From Limisphaerales bacterium (GTDB taxonomy: Bacteria; Verrucomicrobiota; Verrucomicrobiia; Limisphaerales; AAA164-E04): a DNA stretch of 64,000 nucleotides. Position 1 is the first letter of the stretch; each line of letters starts with the position of its first letter. Shown in pieces: positions 30,496-41,055 of this stretch. The position numbers and the translations under genes were made by a program. The notes under the pieces were generated by a model that was given only the letters and a program-made list of their open reading frames with translations, did no database searches and was not told the DNA's origin. The DNA is taken from NCBI GenBank assembly GCA_965242585.1, contig OZ251460.1:1090614-1154613 (forward strand), in the 5' to 3' direction.

Positions 30496-31113
30496 TCATT
30501 GCGGGTTTTGAGACGGGGCGGTTGCCGTTGTTTCTGTGTCTGCTTCGATTGGTGATTCCATCAACGCGGGTTCTGTTTCTCGGACGAGCCGAAGGGCGGC
30601 TTGATGGAGTTTTTTCAATTCGTAGGCTTCGGGCTCGGATTTGGCAAATTTCACTAGGTCGCATTCGGCGAGGAAGTCGGCCAGCAGGCGTTTTTGATCT
30701 TTGGACAGATGGCGGCTTTCTTGCAGTTCTTCCAGGAATTCTTCGGTGGTTCGTTCTGGGGCGTTGAGGTGGAATTGGTCTTCCAGGTAGCGGCGAATCG
30801 CGTCCGAGACCATGACGCAGAAGCGTTCGGGATTGTGCAGATGGGCTAAGGCGTTTTCGAGGAGTCTTCGGGCGCGTTCGTGGGGGGGATCCGGGCGGAC
30901 GGCTGATTGTTTCGGCTGCTGTTTCGGCTGTTTCTTCCAATAGAGGAAGCCCCAATAGAAAAGAGAGAGGAGAGCAGCGGCGAGGAGACACCACCAAAGC
31001 CAGGCCCAAGAGAAAGGCGCTTCCACTAGTGGGCGGATGTCGTGAATGTCGGAGAGGGGATTCCAATTTTCCGGGGCGGACAAGACTAAGGCGGAGTTGG
31101 TCGCTTCCATCAT
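30496..31113 (-). CDS. DUF4381-like membrane protein
   Basis: DIHDIRP, TM helix, APERTTEEFL and DLVKFAK motifs. Confidence 0.75.
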   Translation of the reverse strand: MMEATNSALVLSAPENWNPLSDIHDIRPLVEAPFSWAWLWWCLLAAALLSLFYWGFLYWKKQPKQQPKQSAVRPDPPHERARRLLENALAHLHNPERFCVMVSDAIRRYLEDQFHLNAPERTTEEFLEELQESRHLSKDQKRLLADFLAECDLVKFAKSEPEAYELKKLHQAALRLVRETEPALMESPIEADTETTATAPSQNPQ

Positions 31114-32063
31114 CGGTTTCGGCGTTTTTCGCGGTTCTCGAAGAATTGGCTGAGTTCGTGGAGGTAGGGTTTGTCCGTTCGAAGTTGGATGCTGTCAATT
31201 CCGGCGGCGCGTAGGAGTTTATTCAGTTCGCCGCGGGCTTTTTTTTGCCGTCCGGCAAAGGCAGTTCGCTTTCTTTCATCGCCGGTGTCGACTTCGACGA
31301 CTTGGCCGGTTTCGGCGTCTTTTAGGATGATTTTTCCGATGTTGGGGAGGCGCATTTCGAAGGGGTCGGAAATTTGAACGGCGACTAGGTCGTGTTTCCT
31401 TTTTGCTTGGCGAAGGGAGGTAAGCGACACATGCCGCAAGCCGTCGGAGGTGATCACGCGCCGCCGCAGGTGCGCCTCAATTTCTTTTCGAGTCGGTTCT
31501 GTTTGTCCTAGAAAGTCGGAGATAAGGATTACGATGGCTCTTTGAGTAATTACTTTGGAAAGGAATTCTAACGCGGCGTCGAATTTCGTCCGGCGGCGTT
31601 TGGGTTCAAAGAAGAGAATGTCGCGGATGACGCGCAAGACGTGGAAACGCCCTTTGCGCGGGGGGATGAACTTTTCGACGATGTCGGTGAAGAGCAACAG
31701 GCCGACTTTGTCGTTATTTTTGATGGCGGAAAACGCCAAAATTGAGGCGATTTCGGCGGCTAATTCCCGTTTGGATTGTTCCCCGGAACCAAAAAGCCCG
31801 GAGCCGCTGAGGTCGACGAGTAGCATAACCGTCAGTTCGCGTTCTTCAACGAACTTCTTGATGAAGGGATGGTTCATTCGGGCGGTGACGTTCCAATCGA
31901 TGGTTCGAACGTCGTCGCCGGGTTGGTATTCCCGAACTTCGTCAAAGTTCATGCCCTGTCCTTTGAAGACGCTGTGATAGTGACCGGCCAGAGATTCAGA
32001 AACCAGTTGATTGGTTCGAATCTCGATGCGGCGGATTTTTTTGATGATCTCACGGGGAATCAT
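31110..32063 (-). CDS. DUF58 protein
   Basis: FKGQGMNFDEVREYQPGDDVRTIDWNVTAR; start MIPRE at 32063. Confidence 0.9.
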   Translation of the reverse strand: MIPREIIKKIRRIEIRTNQLVSESLAGHYHSVFKGQGMNFDEVREYQPGDDVRTIDWNVTARMNHPFIKKFVEERELTVMLLVDLSGSGLFGSGEQSKRELAAEIASILAFSAIKNNDKVGLLLFTDIVEKFIPPRKGRFHVLRVIRDILFFEPKRRRTKFDAALEFLSKVITQRAIVILISDFLGQTEPTRKEIEAHLRRRVITSDGLRHVSLTSLRQAKRKHDLVAVQISDPFEMRLPNIGKIILKDAETGQVVEVDTGDERKRTAFAGRQKKARGELNKLLRAAGIDSIQLRTDKPYLHELSQFFENREKRRNR

Positions 32064-32083
32064 GCGCCTGAAGCGTTTTGCGT

Positions 32084-33073
32084 TTACGGCACGGGGAGTT
32101 CGTCGAAGATTTTTTGGATAATGATTTCTGAGGTTTTCTCTTCGGCTTCCGCTTCGTAAGTGATGGCCACTCGATGGCGCAGGACGTCCATGCCGATGCT
32201 TTTGACGTCTTGCGGGGTGACGTATCCGCGTCCGCGAAGAAAGGCGTATGACTTCGCGGCCAGCGCCAGCGCGATGGTGGCGCGTGGCGAGGCGCCAAGT
32301 TGGACGTACTCGGCGATGTCGATTTGATAGGCTTCCGGCCGTCTGGTGCAACAAACTAGATCCACGATGTAGTCTTTGACTTTGTCGTCTAGGTAAATCT
32401 CATTAATGACTTTTCGCGCCGAGAGAATTTGAGTGGGGGAAATCACGGGACTCGCTTCCGGCGGGGACGTGGTTTTTGCCATCAGATCGAGAATCTGCCG
32501 CTCTTCCTCTTTGGCGGGGTAGTCCATCTTGAGCTTGAGCATAAAGCGGTCGACTTGCGCTTCTGGAAGCGGGTAGGTGCCTTCTTGTTCGATGGGGTTT
32601 TGGGTTGCCAGCACCAGGAACGGCTCGTCGAGCGGATAGCTCCGGTTGCCAATAGTGACTTGCCGTTCTTGCATGGCTTCCAGCAACGCGCTTTGCACTT
32701 TGGCCGGGGCGCGGTTGATTTCGTCCGCCAGAATCAAGTGCGAGAAAATGGGGCCTTTCCGAGTGGAAAAGTCGCCGGACTGAGGGTTGTAAATTTGGGT
32801 GCCGATAACGTCGGCGGGGAGCATGTCGGGAGTGAATTGAATCCGCGAGAATCCCGCGTTGATGCAAGCGGCCAGGGACTTGACCGAAGTGGTTTTGGCC
32901 AAGCCGGGAACGCCTTCCAGCAAGATGTGTCCATTGGCCAGCAGGCCGACCATAAGGCGCTCGAGGAGGTATTTTTGCCCGACGATGACTTTGTTGATTT
33001 CGGACAAGAGCGGTTGCACGAAAGCGCCTGCTTTCTGCACTTCTGCGTTAATGGCGGTAATCCCTGCGTTCAT
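32084..33073 (-). CDS. moxR: MoxR family AAA+ ATPase
   Basis: GVPGLAKT, DEINRAPAKVQSALLEAMQE and TQNPIEQEGTYPLPEAQVDRF motifs. Confidence 0.95.
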   Translation of the reverse strand: MNAGITAINAEVQKAGAFVQPLLSEINKVIVGQKYLLERLMVGLLANGHILLEGVPGLAKTTSVKSLAACINAGFSRIQFTPDMLPADVIGTQIYNPQSGDFSTRKGPIFSHLILADEINRAPAKVQSALLEAMQERQVTIGNRSYPLDEPFLVLATQNPIEQEGTYPLPEAQVDRFMLKLKMDYPAKEEERQILDLMAKTTSPPEASPVISPTQILSARKVINEIYLDDKVKDYIVDLVCCTRRPEAYQIDIAEYVQLGASPRATIALALAAKSYAFLRGRGYVTPQDVKSIGMDVLRHRVAITYEAEAEEKTSEIIIQKIFDELPVP

Positions 33074-33135
33074 CTCTGTTTCAAGCCAGCAGAATCACCA
33101 TTTCCACTGGCATTTTCCAGTACCAAGTGACAAAC

Positions 33136-34134
33136 TCATCTGGTTTCGAGTTCAAAATTTTGCGCCGCCGGCGTTGCGAGGACTGCGGTTTTGTTCCGGG
33201 CCGTTTCTGAAAGAATTTGGAAGGCCGCCTCGGCGTCTTTTTTGATTTGATTTCGTAGCAAACTTCGGGACGGGAATTTTTGTTCCGGTCGAAGGCGTTC
33301 GAGCAACTGCGCTTCGAGATGTTCGCCATAGAGGTTTTGGTCGAAATCAAACAAATGCACTTCGGCCGAAGGCGGCTCGTCGATTTCTCTGACGGTCGGA
33401 CGGCAACCGATATTCGCAACGCCTTGGAAGGTTCCATTTCTCACTTTCACAAAGGCCGGATAAACGCCGTTCGGTGGCAAGACAATGCCCGAAACGTCAA
33501 GATTTGCGGTGGGAAATCCAAGCCCGCGGCCGATTTTTTGGCCGGGAACAACTTGGCCGCAGACTGCGTATTTCCGTCCCAGCCGTTTGCCCGCCGCCTC
33601 CAGCCGGCCTTCGGCGATCAATCTCCGGATTGCCGTGCTGCTCACTTCTTCGCCTTGTTGCCGGAGGAGAGCGACTTCGGGCAGCTCATAGCCGAGGTCT
33701 ATGGATCGATCTCGGAGAAGTTGGATATTGCCCGATCGTTGGCGTCCAAAATGGAAGCCGGGTCCAACGCAAATCATTTTTAGCGGACGCAGCTGTTCAC
33801 AAAGCAACTTTAAAAAATCGTTTGCGCTGGTTTGGCTGAATGAGAGGTCAAAGGGAATGATCCAAAGAAGGTCGAGCTGGGTTTCTTCCAAAAGCTTCTG
33901 GCGTTTGCGGAAGGGATAGATCAAAGCCGGCGCTCGTTCAGGAACGATCACTTGGGCTGGATGGCGGTCGAAGGTAACGGCAATGGAAACCCCCTTTGCT
34001 TGTCTCGCTCGTTGAACGACGCGGCGGATGACATGCTGGTGTCCGAGATGTAGTCCGTCGAACATGCCGATGGCGCAGAAAGCTTCGCTCCGGTCTAGAT
34101 TCTGGAATTCTTCAATCTGGTGAAGGATTTTCAT
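33136..34134 (-). CDS. ribF: Riboflavin kinase/FAD synthetase
   Basis: GMFDGLHLGH, SSTAIR, GFPTAN and EVHLFDF motifs. Confidence 0.95.
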   Translation of the reverse strand: MKILHQIEEFQNLDRSEAFCAIGMFDGLHLGHQHVIRRVVQRARQAKGVSIAVTFDRHPAQVIVPERAPALIYPFRKRQKLLEETQLDLLWIIPFDLSFSQTSANDFLKLLCEQLRPLKMICVGPGFHFGRQRSGNIQLLRDRSIDLGYELPEVALLRQQGEEVSSTAIRRLIAEGRLEAAGKRLGRKYAVCGQVVPGQKIGRGLGFPTANLDVSGIVLPPNGVYPAFVKVRNGTFQGVANIGCRPTVREIDEPPSAEVHLFDFDQNLYGEHLEAQLLERLRPEQKFPSRSLLRNQIKKDAEAAFQILSETARNKTAVLATPAAQNFELETR

Positions 34135-34184
34135 AAGGCAAGTGCGTCTACCGGCAGGATTGTTTAGTCGAGCGACGCCGCGAC

Positions 34185-34892
34185 TTATTGAAGGCGGGCG
34201 AGTTGTATCATAGGGATTACGCGGCCGGCAACTTCGGCCACGGTCATTTTGCCAATGGAGTCAACAGCCAAAGCTTGGGACACCTGAAAGGAACCAGATT
34301 GGGTTCTGCGCAGTGTTTTGAGGTGGGCGCCGCAACCAATCTTAGCACCTAGCTCATGCACTAAGCTTCTGGCGTAGACGCCTTTGGTGCAAGCGACGCT
34401 AAATCGGCCTTCGGGTTCGGCATAGGCTGTGAACTGGAAGCGGTAGATGTGTACAAGGCGAGGCTTTCGCTCCACGGTTTTTCCTTTCCGCGCCAATTTG
34501 TAAAGCGGGACTCCGTCCACTTTGACGGCGGAGACCATCGGAGGCGTTTGGAAAATGTCGCCGACGAAGGATTGCGCTTCCCGGTTCAGCCTTTCAATCG
34601 TCAACGGCGGCACGGGATGGGTTGCCGTGATAGTTCCGTCGGTGTCGTAACTATCGGTCGTTTCGCCAAAACGAGCGACGCCTTCGTAGTGTTTGTCTTG
34701 TTTCATGAAGCGGTCCGACATTTTGGTGGCCTTGCCGATGAGGATCACTAAAAGCCCCGTCGCATTCGGATCCAAAGTGCCGCAGTGCCCCGCTTTCTTG
34801 ATTTTGCAGCGGCTTCGGATTCGGGCGACCACGTCGTGCGAAGTCCATCCGATGGGCTTGTCGATCAAAAGAGCGCCGTGGATATCAGTCAT
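34185..34892 (-). CDS. truB: tRNA pseudouridine(55) synthase
   Basis: DKPIGWTSHDVV, GHCGTLDP and PPMVSAVK motifs. Confidence 0.95.
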   Translation of the reverse strand: MTDIHGALLIDKPIGWTSHDVVARIRSRCKIKKAGHCGTLDPNATGLLVILIGKATKMSDRFMKQDKHYEGVARFGETTDSYDTDGTITATHPVPPLTIERLNREAQSFVGDIFQTPPMVSAVKVDGVPLYKLARKGKTVERKPRLVHIYRFQFTAYAEPEGRFSVACTKGVYARSLVHELGAKIGCGAHLKTLRRTQSGSFQVSQALAVDSIGKMTVAEVAGRVIPMIQLARLQ

Positions 34893-34906
34893 TGGATTGG
34901 CCGAAG

Positions 34907-35896
34907 TCAGATTTTTTTCTCAGCGGCGAGTTGAGCGCGAATAGCTTTGACCACGCGCCGCTGAATAGCCATTGGGCGGCCGTGAATTCTCGCGCCGGCC
35001 GCTGCTTTGTGTCCGCCGCCGCCAAACCGTTTGGCGATGTCGCTCACGTTGATGTCCGGGCTTTTGCTTCGCAAGCTAATGCGAATGACTTCGGGTTCCA
35101 GCTCTTCAAACAAGCAGGCGACTATGACCGGATCGATGTCTCGGATGTGGTCAATCAGGCCTTCGCTTTCGTCTCGAGCGGCTCCGGTTCGTTGGTAGTC
35201 TGCCGGTCTCAGCCAGAAATAGGCGATTTCGTTGTTGTTGGTTAGTTTGAAGTGGTTATAGACGTGTTTGAGGAGCTTGACCCTCGAGAGCGGATAGGAT
35301 TGGTAGACTTGATCGCAGATGACGGAAAGGTTGGCGCCTTTGTCCACCAGGTCGCCGGCGATTTCATAGGTGGAGGGCAGGGTGGTTGGATATTGAAAAG
35401 AGCCGGTGTCCGTAGAGATTGCGGTGAACAGGCAGTTGGCAATTTCCGGTTTTATGCTCCATCGCGCGGCTTTGAGGAGGCGGTAGATCATCTCTCCAGA
35501 AGAAGGTTTGTTAGGCGCCACCCAGTTGATGTCGCCGTAGCGGGTGTTGCTGGTGTGATGGTCGATGTTGATGAGCGTTTTGCGGTTATGGATGAACTGC
35601 CGGACTTCGCCAATGCGGTCGAGACTGGCGGAATCAACGGCCAGGACGCAGTCCAATGATTGCGCGGCTTGGGGGCGGGCGAAGAGGTTTCCGGCGTCGA
35701 GAAACTGCAATTTTTGCGGCATCGGGTCTTGGTTCCAGCAGACGACGTTGCGTCCCTCGTTCTGCAAAGCCAAGGCGAGGGCAAGCTGGGAGCCGACGCA
35801 GTCTCCATCCGGCCTTTGGTGGCCGACGACGCAAAAGTGTTCGTGCTTTTTGATTTCCTCGATGATTCGGGCGGTGATCTTCGGAGTAGTCTTCAT
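34907..35896 (-). CDS. nrnA: Bifunctional oligoribonuclease/PAP phosphatase (DHH)
   Basis: HQRPDGD, IDHH, DTGSF and GGGGHKAAAG motifs. Confidence 0.9.
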   Translation of the reverse strand: MKTTPKITARIIEEIKKHEHFCVVGHQRPDGDCVGSQLALALALQNEGRNVVCWNQDPMPQKLQFLDAGNLFARPQAAQSLDCVLAVDSASLDRIGEVRQFIHNRKTLINIDHHTSNTRYGDINWVAPNKPSSGEMIYRLLKAARWSIKPEIANCLFTAISTDTGSFQYPTTLPSTYEIAGDLVDKGANLSVICDQVYQSYPLSRVKLLKHVYNHFKLTNNNEIAYFWLRPADYQRTGAARDESEGLIDHIRDIDPVIVACLFEELEPEVIRISLRSKSPDINVSDIAKRFGGGGHKAAAGARIHGRPMAIQRRVVKAIRAQLAAEKKI

Positions 35897-36252
35897 TCTT
35901 CGGCGTTTTCCGGTTTTTCGAGTTCTTTCATGATTTCAAGAACTCGGTCTCCTCGTTCCAAGGATGCATCCAAGACGAATCGGAGATGCGGCAAATACTT
36001 GAGGATGACTCGGCCGGCAATTTCCCGTTGGATGGCCGCTCGGTCTTTTTGCAATCTCCGAAGAGCGTGCGGACGTTGCTCCTTATTGCCGGTGACACCG
36101 ATAAAGACTCGCGCAGACTTCAAGTCGTTGCCCATTTGAATGTCGGACACGGTGATAAGGCCGTATTGCTCCAAGGAGTAGTTTCGGCGAATAATCTCGC
36201 CGATTTCCCGCTTCAAAAGTTCGCGGACTCTTTCGTGCCGAAGGGAGGCCAT
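35893..36252 (-). CDS. rbfA: Ribosome-binding factor A
   Basis: RHERVRELLKREI, DLKSARVF and PHLRFVLD motifs; lies after infB. Confidence 0.93.
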   Translation of the reverse strand: MASLRHERVRELLKREIGEIIRRNYSLEQYGLITVSDIQMGNDLKSARVFIGVTGNKEQRPHALRRLQKDRAAIQREIAGRVILKYLPHLRFVLDASLERGDRVLEIMKELEKPENAEE

Positions 36253-36276
36253 GTCGAACCGGTGTCTGCTGGCGAT

Positions 36277-38748
36277 TTACAGTTCTTGGGCAATCTCTTC
36301 AAGAGAATAACTTTCAATGGTGTCGCCTTCCTGAAAGTCGTTGAAACGGTCAATGCGGATGCCGCACTCCATGCCCGCCCTCACTTCGTTGACTTCGTCT
36401 TGAAATCGCCGGAGCGATTGGGTCGTTCCCTCGTAAATCATGTTGCGGTTTCGGTAGACTCGCACTTTGCCGCGTTCAAATTTTCCCTGGGCAATGACGC
36501 AACCCGCGACTCGGCCGCCTTTGGACATCTCAAAAATCTTTCGAATTTCCGCAACGCCGTTGATCCGATCCTTCGTGATGGGATCTAAAAGTCCCGCCAT
36601 CGCTTCTCGAACTTCGTCAATCAACTCGTAAATCACCGCGTAGAGCTTGATCTGAACCTTCTCTCGTTTAGCAATGTCGGAAACGCCAGCGTCCAGCCGA
36701 GTGTGAAATCCGATGAGAACCGCGGTCGAAGCCGAAGCCAGCATGACGTCGCTTTCGTTCAAGGAACCAATTCCGCTGTGGATAACTTCAAGGTTGACTT
36801 TCTTGGACTCGATCTTTCTCAACGACTCGACGATGGCTTCCACAGAGCCTTGGGTGTCCGCTTTGACCACCACCCGCAACAGTTTGGCCGAGGTGGAAGA
36901 AAGCGAGTCAAAGAGATTTTCCAAAGTGACGGCGTTTCGTTTTTCGGAGGCTTCTTCGCGGGTTTGCAAGGCGCGCTCTTCCGCCAGCTTCTTGGCTTGT
37001 TTTTCGTTGGGCAGAATGTTGAATTCTAAGCCGGCTTCGGGGGCACCGTTCAGCCCAAGCACCCGAACGGCGACGGAGGGAATCGCTTCTTTGAGCCGCT
37101 TTCCGTCTTCGTTAATGAGCGCCTTGACTCGGCCCCAGAAAGCGCCGCACAACATAGCGTCGCCAACTTTGAGCGTTCCTTTGCGCACTAATACGGTGGC
37201 AATCGGCCCACCCGGTTGCATGCCGGATTCAATGACGTTGCCGACTGCCGGCCGGTTTGGATTGGCGCGAAGTTCTAAAACTTCTGATTGGAGCAACACC
37301 ATCTCAAGAAGCGCGTCGATGCCCTTTAAATTCAAAGCCGATATGTCGACGAAGATGGTATCCCCGCCCCATTCCTCGCAGACCAACCCGCGATCCTGCA
37401 GTTGTTTGCGAACTTCGGAAGGAACGGCGCCGGGAAGGTCGATCTTGTTGACTGCGACGATGATGGGCACTTGAGCCGCCTTGGCGTGATTAAGTGCTTC
37501 GACGGTTTGCGGCTTGACGCCATCGTTGGCGGCGACCACTAAAATCACCAAATCCGTGATGTTGGCTCCGCGCGCCCTCATCGAGCTGAAGGCCGCATGC
37601 CCCGGCGTGTCCAAAAATGTGATTTGTTGGAGTTTCCCAGGGTTGTCCGGATGCGGAAAGTGAATCGTATAGGCGCCGATATGTTGAGTGATGCCTCCGG
37701 CTTCTCTGGAAACGACGTTGGATTTTCGAATAACGTCCAGCAACGTGGTCTTCCCGTGATCTACGTGCCCCATAATGGTCACCACCGGCGGTCTTGAAAC
37801 CAAATCGCTTTCTTTGTCGTCGACGTCCAAGTCAATCGTGTCCTGTTGGCGCGTGACGCCGGCGCCTCTCTCCCGCTTTTCAATTTCGAAGCGAAAACCG
37901 TATTTGGCGCAGATTTCTTTGGCGGTAAACTCCTCTATCGCCTGATTAACCGTCGCAAAAACATTCAGCTCCATAAGATCGGCAATGAGCTGAAATGATT
38001 TTCGATTCAACACTTTTGCCAAGTCTCTGACAATAATGGGCTGTTTAAGAGACAACAGCTTGGCTTGGGGCGGAGCGACGTATTTCGGCTTTTTTGCCGT
38101 CTGGTTTGCCGCAGTTTGGAGATTTCGAGCAGATTTTCCCCCATCCACCGCCGCGCGCGCATCTTTCCGGTTTTTGCGACGTCGTCTCTCGCGGCCTCTG
38201 TCTTCCGGTCGCGGACGCCCTTGCAATCCTTTTGTCAGACGGATGAAGCCGATTTTGGCGCCTAAGCCGGGTTGCTCCGTTTCTTCACTGCCGTCATCCG
38301 CGGGTTCGCCTTCCTCCAATTTTTCCGTTGAATCCGCCTCTTCTTCAAAAGCGGAGTCTGCCTCGCCGGATTCCGGCTGCTCTTCTTCCGGCTGAGAGAT
38401 TTCCTCATCTGCCGCCAACGGCAACGCATCGGCTGAAACTTCCGCTTCGGACGGCGGTTCAGAACTGTCGGTCGACGCCGCTTTTTTTGTGGTTTCTTCG
38501 GCGGGTTTCTCTTCCGGAGGGGCGGTGACGATGATGATGGCTTTGTCTGCTGGGGGTTCCGCCGTCGGCTCGACGGTTTTGGCTTTCAATGCTCCGCCTA
38601 TCTGCTTTTCCAAATACTCGGCGGTAATCTTATCCAAAGTGCTGGAAGCAACTCGAGCATTGATAATCCCAATTTCCTTAGCCTTGGCAAGGACTTCCTT
38701 GTTCGTGATCCCCAGTTTCTTAGCGATGTCGTATATGCGGACGGGCAT
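36277..38748 (-). CDS. infB: Translation initiation factor IF-2
   Basis: [29 protein letters not shown] and [10 protein letters not shown] motifs. Confidence 0.98.
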   Translation of the reverse strand: MPVRIYDIAKKLGITNKEVLAKAKEIGIINARVASSTLDKITAEYLEKQIGGALKAKTVEPTAEPPADKAIIIVTAPPEEKPAEETTKKAASTDSSEPPSEAEVSADALPLAADEEISQPEEEQPESGEADSAFEEEADSTEKLEEGEPADDGSEETEQPGLGAKIGFIRLTKGLQGRPRPEDRGRERRRRKNRKDARAAVDGGKSARNLQTAANQTAKKPKYVAPPQAKLLSLKQPIIVRDLAKVLNRKSFQLIADLMELNVFATVNQAIEEFTAKEICAKYGFRFEIEKRERGAGVTRQQDTIDLDVDDKESDLVSRPPVVTIMGHVDHGKTTLLDVIRKSNVVSREAGGITQHIGAYTIHFPHPDNPGKLQQITFLDTPGHAAFSSMRARGANITDLVILVVAANDGVKPQTVEALNHAKAAQVPIIVAVNKIDLPGAVPSEVRKQLQDRGLVCEEWGGDTIFVDISALNLKGIDALLEMVLLQSEVLELRANPNRPAVGNVIESGMQPGGPIATVLVRKGTLKVGDAMLCGAFWGRVKALINEDGKRLKEAIPSVAVRVLGLNGAPEAGLEFNILPNEKQAKKLAEERALQTREEASEKRNAVTLENLFDSLSSTSAKLLRVVVKADTQGSVEAIVESLRKIESKKVNLEVIHSGIGSLNESDVMLASASTAVLIGFHTRLDAGVSDIAKREKVQIKLYAVIYELIDEVREAMAGLLDPITKDRINGVAEIRKIFEMSKGGRVAGCVIAQGKFERGKVRVYRNRNMIYEGTTQSLRRFQDEVNEVRAGMECGIRIDRFNDFQEGDTIESYSLEEIAQEL

Positions 38749-38837
38749 GAGTTCTTTGCAAAGCCTAAATCCTAAAAGGCGGAAGAAGAATTCCCTTTGT
38801 CAATCTCGTATGGAAAAATAGAAGCGTCAGTCAATTT

Positions 38838-40109
38838 CTATTGAGTTTCTTCCAGCTTTAACAATCTCCGCGCCGACTCTGCTTTGGCGGCTTTGAGAAT
38901 GTATGCCGCGTCGTCGCCAATTTCAGGAATCTCTTGAAGGTCGGCTAATTCAACTTGGAGCAGGTCTTCCAGAGCGTGAAAACCGATGGCGACGAGGGTG
39001 TTGGCTTGTTCTTCCGTAATGCCGTCGATGGTTGCAAAAGCGCGAACGGCCCGGGCTACTTTTTCTTCGAGTCCGATTTCAGTGTCTTTCTGCGCTTGAA
39101 TATCTACATGGCAACCGCAAAGTCTGGACGTCAATCGAGCGTTTTGCCCTTTTTTGCCGATGGCCATGGAAAGTTGATCCGGTTCCACTAGAATGTGAAT
39201 CCGCTGTCCGCTGTCTTTAGACTCGAATGACACAATTTTGGCCGGCGCCAGCGCGTTGGTGATAAAAGTCCGCTGATCGTCGCTCCAAGGAATGATGTCC
39301 ACCTTCTCGTTGTTTAGTTCCCGAACGATGTTCTTCACGCGTTGCCCCCGGAGTCCGACGCAGGCTCCGACGGGATCCACATTCGCATCATGCGAATGGA
39401 CGGCCAATTTGGTTCGATAACCCGCCTCGCGAGCAATGGACTTGATTTCGATGGTACCGTCGTTGATTTCCGAGACTTCCACTTGAAAAAGTTTGAGGAC
39501 GAAGGCGGGATCCGAACGGGAAAGAATAATGCACGGACCGTTGACGCCGCTCTCGACGGCTTTGACAAAACATCGAAGCCTTTCGCCGATCTGATATTCT
39601 TCCGTAGGAACTCGCTCGGTGTGTGGAAGAATCGCTTCAAATCGACCCATGTCCAGAAAAACGTCCGAACGCTCAAAACGGCGGACAACGCCGCTGATGA
39701 TATCGCCTGTTCGGTCTTTAAATTCAGAATAAATCATCTGTTTTTCAACGCGCCGAAGATGTTGAATAAGCGCCTGTTTTGCATTCTGCGAAGCAATTCT
39801 GCCAAAATCCGCTGGCGTAATTTCCACTTCAATCTCATCGCCTAGTTGGACATTTTTTCTGATTTTTTGGGCATCGGCCAAAAGGATTTCGTCGTGCTCC
39901 GAAGCCATCTCTTCAACCGCGATCAACTTGGCAAAAGCCTTGATGTCGCCGGTGTTTGGGTTAATCGAAACGCGCAGCTCCCTTGCCGGGCCAACGGCCC
40001 TTTTGGCGGCCGACAAAAGAGATTCCTCTATCGCCTCCAAAACAGCCTTCCTCGGAATCCCCCTGTCCCGCTCCCAATAATTCAGTAACGGCATTAAATT
40101 CTCACTCAT
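38838..40109 (-). CDS. nusA: Transcription termination factor NusA
   Basis: FGRIASQNAKQ, DPVGACVG.RG.RV and AIGKKGQNARL motifs. Confidence 0.97.
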   Translation of the reverse strand: MSENLMPLLNYWERDRGIPRKAVLEAIEESLLSAAKRAVGPARELRVSINPNTGDIKAFAKLIAVEEMASEHDEILLADAQKIRKNVQLGDEIEVEITPADFGRIASQNAKQALIQHLRRVEKQMIYSEFKDRTGDIISGVVRRFERSDVFLDMGRFEAILPHTERVPTEEYQIGERLRCFVKAVESGVNGPCIILSRSDPAFVLKLFQVEVSEINDGTIEIKSIAREAGYRTKLAVHSHDANVDPVGACVGLRGQRVKNIVRELNNEKVDIIPWSDDQRTFITNALAPAKIVSFESKDSGQRIHILVEPDQLSMAIGKKGQNARLTSRLCGCHVDIQAQKDTEIGLEEKVARAVRAFATIDGITEEQANTLVAIGFHALEDLLQVELADLQEIPEIGDDAAYILKAAKAESARRLLKLEETQ

Positions 40110-40142
40110 AAATCACTGTCTCCGATTCGCATTGATGGGAAC

Positions 40143-40169
40143 AAAAAAGCCGGCTCCATTCGCCGACTT
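40143..40169 (-). terminator. Attenuator-like hairpin in the nusA leader (rimP-leader-like)
   Basis: Minus strand reads aagtcggc-gaatgga-gccggctttttt. Confidence 0.6.
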
Positions 40170-40207
40170 GCCCCGCCACAACACAGCTTCCAAGCAATCA
40201 AAACCAA

Positions 40208-40236
40208 ATCATAAAGTCAGGACGGCAAGCCGTCAA
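40208..40236 (-). promoter_or_regulatory. Sigma70 promoter of the nusA operon
   Basis: TTGACG-N17-TATGAT on the minus strand. Confidence 0.75.
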
Positions 40237-40567
40237 GCCCAATTCCCGTAGCGCCGACCATTTTCATGCTTCCAACTTTCAGGACTTTCTCCAACATAAA
40301 AATTTCCCCAACCTCCGCCGCCGGCTGGTTAAGTCCGAATCTTTCGTCTCTGGTCACCCCATCGGTCCGACGGACTTCCTACTCTCCGCCCGTAGCCTTG
40401 CTCGCCATCCTGGCCGTCGTTCCAGCGGTCTTTTCGGCAGTATTTGAAAAATTTCGCCATCTCTATTCGATGGTCGTTGGGAATGTTTTTCGCTTCTGCA
40501 AAATGGCTTTTGAAATTGATTTAGAAAAATTTTTGCGTCGATTCCAGGCTTCGGCATTCTCAACGAC

Positions 40568-41033
40568 ATGTTTGGCATATTTTCATTTTTAAATCATTTG
40601 ACGACCGCTGTCCCAACCGCCATCCGTCAATCAAACATCAGGCAAGCGGCTGCGTCCGTTGTTGTCAGGATTACCCTCCTCACAAGATCAACCGTTGAAT
40701 CCCAAACGCAAACAATTCCGCTTGTTTTAGATGTGCAAGTTGTCGGTGATCCGAATGATCTTCCTCAAGTTGGCGTTACCTATTCATTCGGATAGTTGGC
40801 TTGAGCATTGGAACGTTGCCAGTGCAACTCTGAAGTCTGCCGCTCTTGGTTGTAATGGTTATTGTGTGTTTTGGCTCTATCCGGTGGAAAATAGTGTTCC
40901 AGTTAATGATGAATGGATTGAACTTTGGATATGGATGGGTAATGAATCGTCGCCTCCGGAGGCGTGGGTGAAAACAACAAACTACGGTAGTCCCTTATAT
41001 ATTATATTGACTGTTGTCTTAACGGGCACTTAG
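40568..41033 (+). pseudogene. Probable small secreted protein split by a frameshift
   Basis: ORF 40568..40795 (signal-like ...AAASVVVRITLL..VESQ) appears to continue in ORF 40731..41033 near 40790. Confidence 0.4.
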
Positions 41034-41055
41034 TTAGTGGGCCGTCTATGGATCC

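Noticed and set aside
24827-33073. moxR-DUF58-bat cluster as a novel system
   Set aside because: Well-known BatI/MoxR-VWA operon.
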